Source: an uncultured Actinomycetes bacterium (GTDB taxonomy: Bacteria; Actinomycetota; Actinomycetes; Streptosporangiales; Streptosporangiaceae). From it: a stretch of 64,000 nt of DNA. The notes under the pieces were generated by a model, which worked only from the letters and a program-made list of their open reading frames with translations, was not told where the DNA came from and searched no databases. Below are positions 21,941-32,006 of this stretch, piece by piece (positions within the stretch are counted from its first letter, which is position 1; each line of letters opens with the position of its first letter). The stretch is from the NCBI GenBank assembly GCA_963774825.1, contig CAVZGW010000006.1, positions 66,124 to 130,123 of the forward strand. Direction: 5' to 3'. A program made the position numbers and the translations under genes.

Positions 21941-22066
21941 GGCCCCATCGGCTGCACTGGCCCACCTGGCGACGCCGCCACCAGCACCGCGCCCGCCAAG
22001 CCCACCAGCGCTGGAATGCCTACGCGGAGACAACACCATGATCACAACGAACTACAGCTGCCGTAA
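21941..22066 (+). repeat. second copy of the IS701 right end (~125 bp direct repeat of 20722-20848)
   Basis: ggccccatcggctgcactgg...caccagcaccgcgcccgccaagcccaccagcgctggaatgcctacgc...caccatgatcacaacgaact.cagctgcc is nearly identical to 20722-20848. Confidence 0.6.
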
Positions 22067-22116
22067 TTGAGCCTCCGTCCAGAAGTTAGAGCAGGATCGC
22101 TCGGATGCTCCGCTGG

Positions 22117-22265
22117 TCAGATGGTGATGGCCAGATCGTCGAAGGCGATGCGGAGCCTGTGGCCAGCTTGGACGTGGGTGGCGATGTCACAGTGGCCGCG
22201 GCGCGGATTCTGCGCAAATGCGTAACCGGCGGCGAGGACCCGCGCTGACCGGTGTCCACGCGATC
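22117..22265 (-). pseudogene. IS6-family transposase C-terminal fragment
   Basis: RSARVLAAGYAFAQNPRRGHCDIA..V....RLRIAFDDLA. Same family as the 2175-2640 remnant. Confidence 0.6.
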
Positions 22266-22318
22266 GGCCAATGTAACAGTGCCGGGCAGAGCGTCGCCGG
22301 TGCCGGTACGGTGATGCT

Positions 22319-22579
22319 ATGACCGCGCAGCCAGCCAGCAGCCCAGACCCGGCCGTGCCGTATGAGGTGATCCACCTCGGCGGCGAGGCCGCCGCCATCG
22401 TCCCGCTCGCGGAGTTGCGGCGGCTGCGGGCGGTGGAGCGGCACGCCTCGCCGCAGGCCCTGGAGGACGCCGAGATCGAGGCGACGCTCGCGGCGCATGA
22501 CGAATGGGTCGCCGTGGGGTGCCCGGGCGCGCTGTCGCACGAGGAGGTCATGGCCGGGCTGCTCGGCAATGACTGGTGA
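22319..22579 (+). CDS. type II antitoxin (Phd/YefM-like), partner of the RelE/ParE toxin
   Basis: 86 aa. EVIHLGGEAAAIVPLAELRRLRAVE. 4-nt overlap with the downstream toxin. Confidence 0.6.
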   Translation: MTAQPASSPDPAVPYEVIHLGGEAAAIVPLAELRRLRAVERHASPQALEDAEIEATLAAHDEWVAVGCPGALSHEEVMAGLLGNDW

Positions 22580-22812
22580 AGATCAGGTGGACACCCGCGG
22601 CGGCGGCGTCAGCGCGCCGCTACCTGCGAGACCAGGACGGTATGCGCGCTGTCGGCGCGGCGGTCGCCGGCCTGATGGATAATCCGTTTGTCGCTGAGGG
22701 ATTCCACCGGGGCAGGTACCACCGGCTGCGCGTCGGCCCGTACCGGGTCCTGTACGTCGTTGACGGTGACATGATCACAGTCGAGCGAGTCGACCGCGTC
22801 GCCGGTGATTAG
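22576..22812 (+). CDS. RelE/ParE-family toxin
   Basis: KIRWTPAAAASARRYL...HRLRVGPYRVLYVVDGDMITVERVDRV. Confidence 0.8.
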   Translation: MKIRWTPAAAASARRYLRDQDGMRAVGAAVAGLMDNPFVAEGFHRGRYHRLRVGPYRVLYVVDGDMITVERVDRVAGD

Positions 22813-22829
22813 CCGCGAGGCGCTATCCC

Positions 22830-23467
22830 GCATGTCCGGCGGCAAGGTCGAGGTAGGTGTCCATGTCGAGCTCGAAGCGGCCTTAGAGGTTGACGTGGGT
22901 CTAGAACAGGGCGGACAGGCCGCGCCGGTCGGCGTCAATGAGGCGGTCCCGCCGGGACGGGTCGCGCGGCACGATCTGGATCATGATCGTGTTGACGTGG
23001 GCGAGGCGGCCTGGATCAGGTGGAGTGGACAGGGCGGAGATCTGGGCGTGCTCCCGGTCGGGGCGGGCGATCGCCGCTCTTGCAGTTGAAGTGGTCGCCG
23101 TTGGCGGAGTTCCAGTCTTCCGGCCTGCGAGCCATCGTGGATCTCCCGCCGCAGCGCGGGATCGGCGCGGTAGTCGCAGATGAAGAGGGTGCCGCGAGCT
23201 GCAGCAGTGCAGCCAGCCCGGCCGCAGTCCTTCACGCAGCACATGTCGAGCCCGTCTTCGGCATAGGCAGGCGAGCGCAGCGCGGGGAAGTCTGGCGCGG
23301 CGCCGACGGCGGCGGCGTGCACGAGCTGGGGCACCGCGGTGAACGGCGACATCGGGTTGCCGAGCGGCCCCCAGGCGGACAGCGAGTAGTTGACGATCTC
23401 GATCCTCGGCTGCGCTGGCCAGGTAATCGGCCACCAGTTCGCCGATCTTCTTGAACGCCGGGATCAA
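22830..23467 (-). pseudogene. degraded CDS of unknown function (Cys-rich, several frames)
   Basis: Pieces lie in at least 3 frames: MIPAFKKIGELVADYLASAAEDRD / NYSLSAWGPLGNPMSPFTAVPQLVHAAAVGAAPDFPALRSPAYAEDGLDMCCVKDCGRAGC..LFICDYRADPALRREIHDG / IQIVPRDPSRRDRLIDADRRGLSALF. Family not recognised. Confidence 0.3.
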
Positions 23468-23828
23468 ATGGCCTGCGGGCGGGCCCGTGCCGGTCCAGGC
23501 GCGTGTCGCCGGGCCAGGCGCTCCTCGCGGTAGCGGGCGTCTTCTTGCCGCTGCTCAGGGAGACGCGCGAGACGACTTACCAGTTCCGGGCACCCTTCGT
23601 TATCGACTCGGGCAAGTTCGAAGCCGCCTTCGGCCGACTTCAGCCCGCGCCGCGCCCTGGCTGCATCACTGCTGCTGCGCGATCTGGTCGCTCGCCGACT
23701 GCTCCCACCCCGGAGCCATATGTGAGTGTGGGGTCCTAATGGCTCACAGGCTGAGTTCGTCGTGAGTCCTGCCACTCTGGGCGCACTGCACGGTTTCCGC
23801 GCCCGATGATCCGCTATAAATTGTCGTC

Positions 23829-25151
23829 ATGGACCAGCCCAAGCTGTCGCGGTCGCGTCGCAGGTTTCTTGATCGGCTGGTGAGACAACGGGGTGGCGGG
23901 GCGGAGGAGCGGCGTAGGCGCGATCGACTCCGGAAGATCCTCACGTACGCTGCGAAGGAATTCGATCAGACGGGTCACTGGCCGACCCTCGACATGTTGG
24001 CATGCTCGGTGGCCGAGACTAACGGCGAGCTGAGAAATTTCGACCTCGCATTGCTCCGCCTGCCGCCTGCTCTCGGCCGGGTCTGCGATTCCGAGAGGAT
24101 CTCGCTCACGGCGCTCGGGTTCCTACTCGTCACCGGACCTGAGTCGGAGAAGGCCAAGAGCCTGACACGGCTAGCCGAGATTTGCGGTGAGCTCAAGCTG
24201 AGCCTCAAGGACAAGGCGACAATCGGAGAGCAGATTCTCCGCTCGAAGTACCACTATTCAGACCAAGGAGCCTGGCAAGCGCTGGACCTTGTCTCAATGC
24301 TTCCCGGCGTCTCAGACGACCGGGGTACTGGCGGCTACTCGTCACTATCGATCCACAGAACTGCGCTCCAATATCGTGACGTCAAAGAGCCGGACGTGCT
24401 TTTGGCGATCTTGCAGCAGCAGGCCGCTGACCGACTGGGGCTGAACCAGAAACGGCCGTGGGTATGGCGGCTCTGGAGATGGGTTCGCCTGCTGGGAATG
24501 GCCTTGACCGGCAGCAGCCGACGGCGCGAGGAGACGGTTGATCCAGGCCCCCGGTGGCTGCCGGGCAACACGGCCCTGACTAAGGAGAGTCACCCAGAGC
24601 TGATCAGCAAGAATAAAGCACGAAAGCCGGGAGCGCCTGCCCAGCTAGATGATGGGCCCGTCCAGCAAGATGACCGGGCATACCTGACATCCCTACTCAG
24701 CGTATACGCCACCCAGTTCGGTTCGTACACCACGCTACTATGGCAGGTCCCAGCCCTCAGCCTCGCCGCCCAGTCATTCCTCATGACCATCGCTTTAAGC
24801 CATGGCAATAGCAACTCGGCCAGGCTAATCGCGTCGGCTCTGTCAATCGTAATCGCAGGAACGTCAATCTCCCTCATGCACAACCAGCGCGGTCACGCAA
24901 TCAACCACGGAGAGCTCGCCTTAAGAGTTTCCAAGGAACTCGGACTGGCACGGGACCTGGGCAGCCTTGCAATCGACGATGCTAAGCCAGAATTTACTGA
25001 CGCGGAAAGCGTTTGGGTGGGGTGGGACCACGGCATCTATCACGTTTGGAAGATATGCTTGGGCTTGTTTATTATGGCAGATATCATCGTCTTCTTCCTC
25101 ACCTTCTTGTTCGCCGTTACCGGCAGTTCCCCGAACTCATGGTGGTCTTGA
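23829..25151 (+). CDS. orphan membrane protein: soluble N-terminal ~290 aa plus C-terminal 3-TM module (SLATT-like by eye)
   Basis: Intact 440-aa ORF with visibly lower GC than its flanks. TM1: LLWQVPALSLAAQSFLMTIAL. TM2: LIASALSIVIAGTSISLM. Then a helical linker, then TM3: ICLGLFIMADIIVFFLTFLFAV. The N-terminus is Arg-rich. Confidence 0.55.
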   Translation: MDQPKLSRSRRRFLDRLVRQRGGGAEERRRRDRLRKILTYAAKEFDQTGHWPTLDMLACSVAETNGELRNFDLALLRLPPALGRVCDSERISLTALGFLLVTGPESEKAKSLTRLAEICGELKLSLKDKATIGEQILRSKYHYSDQGAWQALDLVSMLPGVSDDRGTGGYSSLSIHRTALQYRDVKEPDVLLAILQQQAADRLGLNQKRPWVWRLWRWVRLLGMALTGSSRRREETVDPGPRWLPGNTALTKESHPELISKNKARKPGAPAQLDDGPVQQDDRAYLTSLLSVYATQFGSYTTLLWQVPALSLAAQSFLMTIALSHGNSNSARLIASALSIVIAGTSISLMHNQRGHAINHGELALRVSKELGLARDLGSLAIDDAKPEFTDAESVWVGWDHGIYHVWKICLGLFIMADIIVFFLTFLFAVTGSSPNSWWS

Positions 25152-25289
25152 CATGGTGGTGGCCGACTGACGGTGCGGTCGACCGCCTGGAGGGTCGACG
25201 GTGGCCAGAAGTAGTGATGTTGCCGTCGTGATGGGCCTGCCGGTTTGCTGATTGGCTGGCGCGGCCGGATTGGCCGTTGCAGGCTGTTC

Positions 25290-25560
25290 TGGGTTTGGTC
25301 CTGGTTTGGGCAAGGTGTCAGGGAGCGTGGCGGGTGGCTGACCGGCTGCTGGTTGATCTCGGGGCGGACGGGCTGGTCACGGTCTGCACCTGGCCGGAGG
25401 GCGGGCTGCCAGAGACGGTGTCCCGGGCGGGGCTGGTGTGGCCGCTGGATGAGGGGGCGCTGGAGGGTCTGCACTGGTATCTGGAGGATTATCTGCGGGC
25501 GCCGTTAGGGGCGTGGGAGGAGCGGGGCCCCCAGATCCAGGCGCGGCTGGCCGGGTGGGG
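25290..25560 (+). pseudogene. fragment of an N-terminal module like those seen on CHAT/STAND-type proteins
   Basis: LEGLHWYLEDYLRAPLGAWEERGPQIQARLAGWG. I remember the motif WYLEDYL...P....RG..v...L..WG from N-termini of CHAT/NTPase proteins. There is no continuation. Confidence 0.3.
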
Positions 25561-25952
25561 GCCCACGAACATTCCCGCACAGGCTTGGCCGCAACCACCC
25601 CTCGGCGTCCGCGAAAATAGGCATCGGCTATACATGCCATTCTCGCGCCCGCCACCGCCTTGACCTTGGAATCGATCGCCCCCACGACCGGCAAATGCGT
25701 GGAGCCCGCGAGACGGTCGGCGAACCTCTCTACCTCGCCGAAAGCCATCGTCGCTTAACCGTCGCGGACCTGTCACGGTCGAAGGTATCCCCTAAAGCAA
25801 TGAGGGCGGACTTGTCTCGCTCAGGACTACTCCGACGCGGCTCCCTTGTGGCATGCGGCCCGGTCGCGAACGCCCTTTGCCGCTGAGCGCTGGGATTGGT
25901 GTCGCCATGGCTCCGGATCACTGATCTTGGCCAGCAGCGCTACGTTGATCCC

Positions 25953-26246
25953 ATGGGAGCGCCCACCTACCGTGTCCGACCTCTCAACGAATCGACGTGG
26001 CCGGCGTACGCCGCGCTGGTGGAGCACAACAACGGCATCTTTGGCGGCTGCTAGTGCATGGGATTCCATCCCGAGGGCGTCGGCAAGGACACCACAGCGG
26101 AGCTGAACCGTGACCGCAAGCTGGCTCGCGTGCGTGCGGGAACGGCACACGCGGCGCTCGTCTTCCACGGCGACGACTGCCTGGGCTGGTGCCAGTACGG
26201 CCCGCCGGGGGAGCTACCGCGGATCAAGAGCCGCGCCGCTTCATAG
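25953..26246 (+). pseudogene. GNAT-family acetyltransferase fragment with in-frame TAG
   Basis: MGAPTYRVRPLNESTWPAYAALVEHNNGIFGGC-TAG-CMGFHPEG. The stop (26052-26054) replaces the Trp of the GGCWCM motif. The ORF is also C-terminally truncated. Confidence 0.6.
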
Positions 26247-26505
26247 TGACTAGTGCATGCTTAGGCGTCATGGCGGGCAAGCAGTGGCGGCCGCATAGAG
26301 TGATCTGGGCGTGTCCTACGGGACCGCGTGTGCCTGTTGAGGATCACCGGCCTGGTCTCTGGCGTCCGGCAGACCGGCTCTCGTACCAGGTGCGCCATGC
26401 TGAGAGGGGGACGTGGCCCGGCCAGGCGGCGCGCTGGGTAAGGACCCTGGGCCTCGGCTGGCCGAACCTGTTGCCGACAGCTGCGAATGCCTAGGCTGTG
26501 GAGCG

Positions 26506-28640
26506 ATGGCCGAGACGGATCTGATCCGCACGCCTGACCAGCGGTTGCGGGTCTTTGTGAGTTCCACGCTGCAGGAACTGGCCGCTGAGCGGCAGGCAGT
26601 GCGGGACGCTGTGACCCGTCTGCGGCTGGTGCCGGTGATGTTCGAGCTGGGCGCCCGGCCACATCCGCCGCGGCAGGTATACCGCTCCTACTTGGCGCAG
26701 AGCCAGGTGTTCGTGGGCGTGTACTGGCAGAGCTACGGCTGGGTCGCGCCGGGGGAGCAGGTATCCGGGCTGGAGGATGAGTACCTGCTGGCGGCGGGGC
26801 TGCCCAGGCTGATCTATGTGAAGTCGCCGGCGCCGGAGCGTGAGTCGCGGCTGGCGGAGATGCTGACCCGGATCAGGGATGACGGTGACGTGTCCTATCA
26901 GCACTTTTCTGCTGCCGCCGGGCTGCAGCGCCTGGTCGAGAACGACCTGGCGGTGCTGCTGAGCGAGCGGTTCGAGAGGGCGCCGGGGCGGGACGGCGCC
27001 GCGGACGGGGCGTCGCTGGCAGGGGCGGTGCCGGTGCCGGCGACGCCGCTTGTGGGCCGCGACGATGACGTTGCGGCGGTGGGCGACCTGGTGCGTGCCG
27101 AGGGGGTGCGCCTGGTCACGCTTACCGGCCCGGGCGGGGTCGGGAAGAGCAGGCTCGCGGTGGACGTCGCGCAGCGGGTGGGTGCGGGCTTTGAGGACGG
27201 GGTGCGGTTTGTTGAGCTCGGCTCGGTCCGGGCGGCCGAGCTGGTGACGGCGGCGATCGCCGGCGCGCTGGGGCTGAGCACCTCGGGCGGCGCGCTGATC
27301 ACCGACCTGAAGTCGTACCTGCGCGCCCGGCGGCTGGTGCTGGTGCTGGACAACTTCGAGCAGGTGATGGGGGCGGCTCCGCTGGTGGCTGAGCTGCTGG
27401 GCGCCGCTCCGGGCGTGGTGGCGCTGGTGACCAGCCGGATGGTGTTGCGGCTCGGCGGTGAGCACGAGTTCCCGGTGCCGCCGCTGCCGGTGCCGCCGAT
27501 CGGGCCGGCGGGGATGCCGCGGAGGTGCAGCTATGCGCCTCGGTGCGCCTGTTCGTCGAGCGCGCCCGCGCCGCGTCCGCGGGTTTCGAGCTGACCAGCG
27601 GGAACGCCGGGGCGGTCGCCGAGATCTGCCGGCGGCTGGACGGGCTGCCGCTGGCCATCGAGCTGGCCGCGGCCAGGGTCAGGCTGCTGCCACCGCAGGC
27701 GCTGCTGGCCCGGCTCGACGACAAGATGGGGCTGCTGACGGGCGGAGCACGCGACCTGCCCGAGCGGCAGCGGACACTGCGGAACACCCTGAACTGGAGC
27801 TTCGACCTGCTGTCCGCCCGCGAGCAGGCGCTATTCGCCCGCCTAGGGGTGTTTGCAGGAACCTTCGACCTGCCCGCCGCAGAGGCCGTCGGCGCCGCCG
27901 GGCCGGCGGGCCCGGGCCGGGCCGGGCACGTCATGGACACGCTTGGCTCGCTGGTGGACAGCAGCTTGGTGCAGCCGCAGATGCGCGACGGCGAGCCGCG
28001 CTTCGGACTGCTGCAGACCATCCGGGAGTACGCGCTGGAGCGCCTGCGCGACGGCGCTGACTGGCGGGAGGCGCACGACCGGCACGCGGCCTACTTCCGG
28101 GCGCTCGCCGAGCCGGCGCCAGCCGAGCTGCAAGGTCCCGGACAGCTGGCGTGGCTGGACCGGCTCGAGACCGAGCACGGCAACCTCGGCGCCGCGATGT
28201 CCTGGCTGGTGGAACAGGACCAGCTCGAGCCGGCGATACAGCTGTCCTGGGCGACATGGAGGTTCTGGTGGCTGCACGGCCACGCCGAGGAACTCGCCTC
28301 CTACGTGGACATCCTGGCCAAGAGCGAGCACCTGCCGCCGCGGCAGCGTGCCCTGGCGCTGAGCGGCACCGGCTTCGGCCTCTTCGCGTCCGGGGACCAG
28401 GCCACCGCGCAGCCGCTCCTGGAGCAGAGCCTGCCGCTGTACCGCCAGGCCGGGGACATGCTGGCGCAGCCACGACGGCAGCCATGCTGGGTCACCTCCT
28501 GGCATTGCAGCACCAGGACGCGCGGGCCAGCGAGCTGCTCGAACAGACGCTCGCCCCGCTGCAGGAGGCCGGCAACGACCGGCTCGCCGGACCGGTGCGT
28601 CTGCAGCACCTGCTGGACGTGGCGCTCGGTGCTCGAGAAT
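26506..28640 (+). pseudogene. DUF4062 - NB-ARC - TPR STAND NTPase, at least 2 frameshifts and 3' truncation by an IS
   Basis: DUF4062: RVFVSSTLQELAAERQAVRDAV..LRLVPVMFELGA...VFVGVYWQSYGW..SGLEDEYLLAAGLPRLIYVK. P-loop: LTGPGGVGKSRLA. Also LVLDNFEQV and GLPLAIELAAARV. TPR-like helices run to about 28635. Frame changes occur near 27505 and near 28460. Confidence 0.8.
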
Positions 28641-28649
28641 CCCTGGAAA

Positions 28650-29342
28650 AGCGCAACCGGCCGCCCAAAGGAACTCACGCTCCGGGAAGCGATCATCATC
28701 GCGAGCGGATATACCCGGCAGAACATCATCCAGGACGTCTGGGCAGAGATCTTCGACATCTCACAGCCGGGAGTTTCCCGGATCATCACCGAGATCACTC
28801 CCCTCATCGAAAAGGCAACCGCAGAATTCCGGCCGGATGCCGAGGAGGCCCAGGCCGCCGCCCGCGGCCAGACCGTCCTGGTAGACGGCTTCCTGGCGCC
28901 ATGCTGGTCCTGGCGCGGGCTACCGGGCCTGTGGTCAGGAAAGCATAAGACGACTGGCTTCAACAGCCAGGTCATATCTGACATGGCGGGCAACGTGATC
29001 TTCGTTTCCGAACCGCTCACCGGACACAACCACGACATGACCGTCCTCAGCGAAACAAAGACCGCCGAGATCATCGCGGAGGCATTCAGCGGCATCGGCG
29101 ACAAGGGATACCAGGGATCGGGCTACATCACGCCGATCAAGAAACCGCAATACAGGGACCTGCTTAAATGGGAGAAGGAGTTCAACGCGGACGTAAGCCG
29201 CCTGCGCGCCCCGGTCGAGCGAGCGATCGCCCACATCAAGTCCTGGCGCATTCTCCACACTGACTACCGGAGACCGCTGGCCACCTACCTCACGTCGTTC
29301 CGGGCCGCCATCGGCCTGTACTTCTTTAAACTGTATTTTTAA
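28650..29342 (+). mobile_element. DDE_Tnp_4 (IS5/Harbinger-like) transposase remnant lacking its N-terminus
   Basis: ISQPGVSRIITEITPLIE...TVLVDGFLAPCW...WSGKHKTTGFNSQVISDMAGNVIFVSEPLTGHNHDM...IGDKGYQGSG...FNADVSRLRAPVERAIAHIKSWRIL. The tail is AT-richer. It is fused in frame to the STAND remnant in the ORF track. Confidence 0.65.
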
Positions 29343-29689
29343 TAAGCTTCCTTGCAGGAGCTGTTGGCTGCCAGGCTGACGGATGCACCCGAGACCGACG
29401 CGTCGCAGGCGCGGGACGCCGTCCGCACTGCGGTGACCGCCGCCGACCCTGATGCGGCCGCGTTCGCCGGGGCGCTGGCCGACTATTACGACGACCAGAT
29501 CTGTGGTCTCGTTGCCCGGCTTGAAGCTGAGGAGCTGCCGTTGCTGGCGCAGATCAGCAGCGAGGCCTTCTCCTCTCGCATTATCACCATTGTGCGCGCG
29601 ATCGAGCGGCACACTGCTGCGCTGGCCGATGACGAACGACAACCCAACGAGGGGCACTCAGGCTCCGATCTGACGGGAAGGCCAATCAG

Positions 29690-30033
29690 GCGGCGCCGGT
29701 ACCTGCCCATTCCCGACCAGGGACGATGGCTGGCCGCCGTGGTGCGCGGGCACCAGGCCTACTATGCGGTGCCCGGCAACAACGACGCGGTGAACGCCTT
29801 CCGCCACCAGGCGACACGGCACTGGCACCAGGCGCTGCGGCGCCGCAGCCAGAAGACCCGGCTCACCTGGGCCAGGATGGACCGCATCGCCACCCGGTGG
29901 CTTTCCCAGACCCGCATCCTGCACCTATTCCCGGAGGCGCGCTTCGCCGCCACACACCCGAGGTAGGAGCCCAGTGCGGTAATCCCGCACGCTGGGATCT
30001 GTGCGGGGGGCCGCCCGCAAGGGCGGTCCCTAC
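29690..30033 (+). mobile_element. group II intron 3' fragment (RT/maturase C-terminus, domain V, domain VI)
   Basis: RWLAAVVRGHQAYYAVPGNNDAVNAFRHQATRHWHQALRRRSQKTRLTWARMDRIATRWL..TRILHLFPEARF. Domain V: GAGCCCAGTGCGG-TAAT-CCGCACGCTGGGATC at 29967-29999 with the AGC triad. Domain VI hairpin: 30001-30033, ending CTAC. Confidence 0.75.
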
Positions 30034-30047
30034 CGTGACTGAGTTGT

Positions 30048-31298
30048 TCAGGTCGCGGTTGCCTCGTAACGGTCGACGAGTTCCCTGGCGAGCGCCAGTG
30101 ACGACGTTGCTGCGGGGGATGGGGCATTCCTTACGTGGGTGGCGCCCGGGGTGTGCGAGATCGCGAAGTCGTCGAGCAGCTGCCCGTCGCGCCCCACCGC
30201 CTGCGCCCGGACGCCGCTGGCCGCGGACGAGTCGATCTCCATGGACTCGATGACCGGGACATACTGCGCGCAAGCCCGGACGAATGCCTTGCGGCTGGCA
30301 GCCATACGCAGCTCACCGATCCCGGTGCGCCAGAACTTCTTCGCAACCCTCCATGTTCCCGGCCAGCTCAGCGTGCTGATAAGGTCCTGCGGGCGCACCG
30401 TCCGCACGTTATAGGCATCGCGGGCTCCCACCAGCATCGCGGTCGGCCCCAGCATGACGTGCCCATCGATGTGCCTGGTGATATGAACACCCAGAAATGG
30501 CAGCTCCGGGTCGGGCACCGGGTAAACCATGCCGCGGACGACGGGCGGCTGGCCCCCTGCCAGCCGCAGGTAGGCACCGCGGAAAGGCACGATGCGCGGA
30601 TCTGGGGAAGCCCCGGCCGACACGGCCAGGCGGTCTGACCACAGCCCGGCGCACAAGATCGACGAAGCCGCGTGGTACGCCCCCCCGTCATGAGCCAGAG
30701 CGGTCTGCCCGTGCTCGCGGCGCACCACCCTGATCGCGCAGCCGAGCGCGAACGCCACTCCCAGACCGCGCAGCTCACCCTCCAGCGCCCGGGCCACCGC
30801 GCCGTAATCGACGATTCCGGTGCCCGGTGAGTGCAGCGCGGCGTAGCCCCGGCACTCAGGCTCGATATCAGCGATCTCGCCAGCCTCCACCCGGCGCAAC
30901 CCGGGGACCCCATTGGCGTGACCGCGCGCTTCAAGCTCTGCCAGCCGCGGCAGCTCATCATCACGCACCGCGACGATCAGCTTCCCGCAGCGCTGGTAGG
31001 GAATTGCGTTCGCATCGCAGAACTCATACATCAGCCGGGCACCTTCAACGCACAACCGGGCCTTGAGCGAGTCCGGCTTGTAGTACACACCGCTATGAAT
31101 CACGCCAGAGTTATGGCCGGTCTGGTGGTAGCCGACACTGGCCTGCTTGTCGATGACGACCAGCCGCGACCCGGGGCGGCGGCGCAGAAACTCGCGCGCC
31201 ACGGCCAGCCCGACAATCCCCGCGCCTACTACGGCAAGGTCGTAGCACCCGAAGTCCGCGCCCCCGTCCCCGGAAGCGCGCGACGAATCCTCGCTCAT
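30048..31298 (-). CDS. lhgO: L-2-hydroxyglutarate oxidase (FAD-dependent)
   Basis: YDLAVVGAGIVGLAVAREF...VIDKQASVGYHQTGHNSGVIHSGVYYKPDSLKARLCVEG...CGKLIVAV. Start chosen at MSEDSS. Confidence 0.85.
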   Translation of the reverse strand: MSEDSSRASGDGGADFGCYDLAVVGAGIVGLAVAREFLRRRPGSRLVVIDKQASVGYHQTGHNSGVIHSGVYYKPDSLKARLCVEGARLMYEFCDANAIPYQRCGKLIVAVRDDELPRLAELEARGHANGVPGLRRVEAGEIADIEPECRGYAALHSPGTGIVDYGAVARALEGELRGLGVAFALGCAIRVVRREHGQTALAHDGGAYHAASSILCAGLWSDRLAVSAGASPDPRIVPFRGAYLRLAGGQPPVVRGMVYPVPDPELPFLGVHITRHIDGHVMLGPTAMLVGARDAYNVRTVRPQDLISTLSWPGTWRVAKKFWRTGIGELRMAASRKAFVRACAQYVPVIESMEIDSSAASGVRAQAVGRDGQLLDDFAISHTPGATHVRNAPSPAATSSLALARELVDRYEATAT

Positions 31299-31584
31299 AG
31301 GCGAGCACGATAGCCGACCCGGCCGAACCGCACTGCCGACGCCCAAGTCGTCGCCAACGCACTGTCATGCCGCAGTTGGGTTGATGCAGAGTGGCGGGCA
31401 GGTGGGACCTCCGCCGTGGAACGTGTATCGCATTGAGCCACGCTCGGCGATCGTTACCCCGGCGGCGGAGCCGGGCGGCCTGACTCGCTTCCGGCTCTGA
31501 CGCTGCTGATCGGTTGGGTCGCCCTCATCTGCCGCCGCGGGTGTGGACGGAGTCCCACGGCGCCGACGGCCGTAGGGTTGGCCT

Positions 31585-31863
31585 GTGGGCAACCGTGGTG
31601 CTGAGGGTGTCGTGATCACGGGGGTGTATGGGTCGGGCAAGAGCGCGGTCGCCGCGGAAATCGCCCACGTTCTTGAGCAGCTGTCTGAGATCGAACGGCG
31701 CCTGGCCAGCGACGTCACCAGCGGCCGCCGCGATGACCTGCGTGAGGCAGCGGCACAGATCGCGGCGTCCGACGGTGTAGGCGTGGCGGACGTGGTCATC
31801 ATCGACGACCGTCCTATAGCGGTCGTGGCCCGGGAACTTATGACATTCCTCGGATGGCTTTAA
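31585..31863 (+). CDS. short P-loop protein (possibly a truncated kinase-like ATPase)
   Basis: VVITGVYGSGKSAVAAEIA Walker A motif. Only 92 aa with a GTG start. Likely a remnant. Confidence 0.3.
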   Translation: MGNRGAEGVVITGVYGSGKSAVAAEIAHVLEQLSEIERRLASDVTSGRRDDLREAAAQIAASDGVGVADVVIIDDRPIAVVARELMTFLGWL

Positions 31864-32006
31864 ACGACTTGGGCCGACCGAACAGCATCTCCAGGGGCAT
31901 TCGCTCATGCCGCGGGGGGTGCGACCGCCGGTCCGTTGTCGGCGCTTCAGATCGGCAAGAAGGACAAAGATCGGCTGGATCGCCGCCGCGGCCTAGCGAC
32001 GGGAGA

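Noticed and set aside
27525-29342. 605-aa ORF as a single NB-ARC/TPR-transposase fusion protein
   Set aside because: It is a chance in-frame junction. The TPR coding signal has already moved to another frame near 28460. The last 230 codons are a DDE_Tnp_4 transposase lacking its own N-terminus, with a different base composition.
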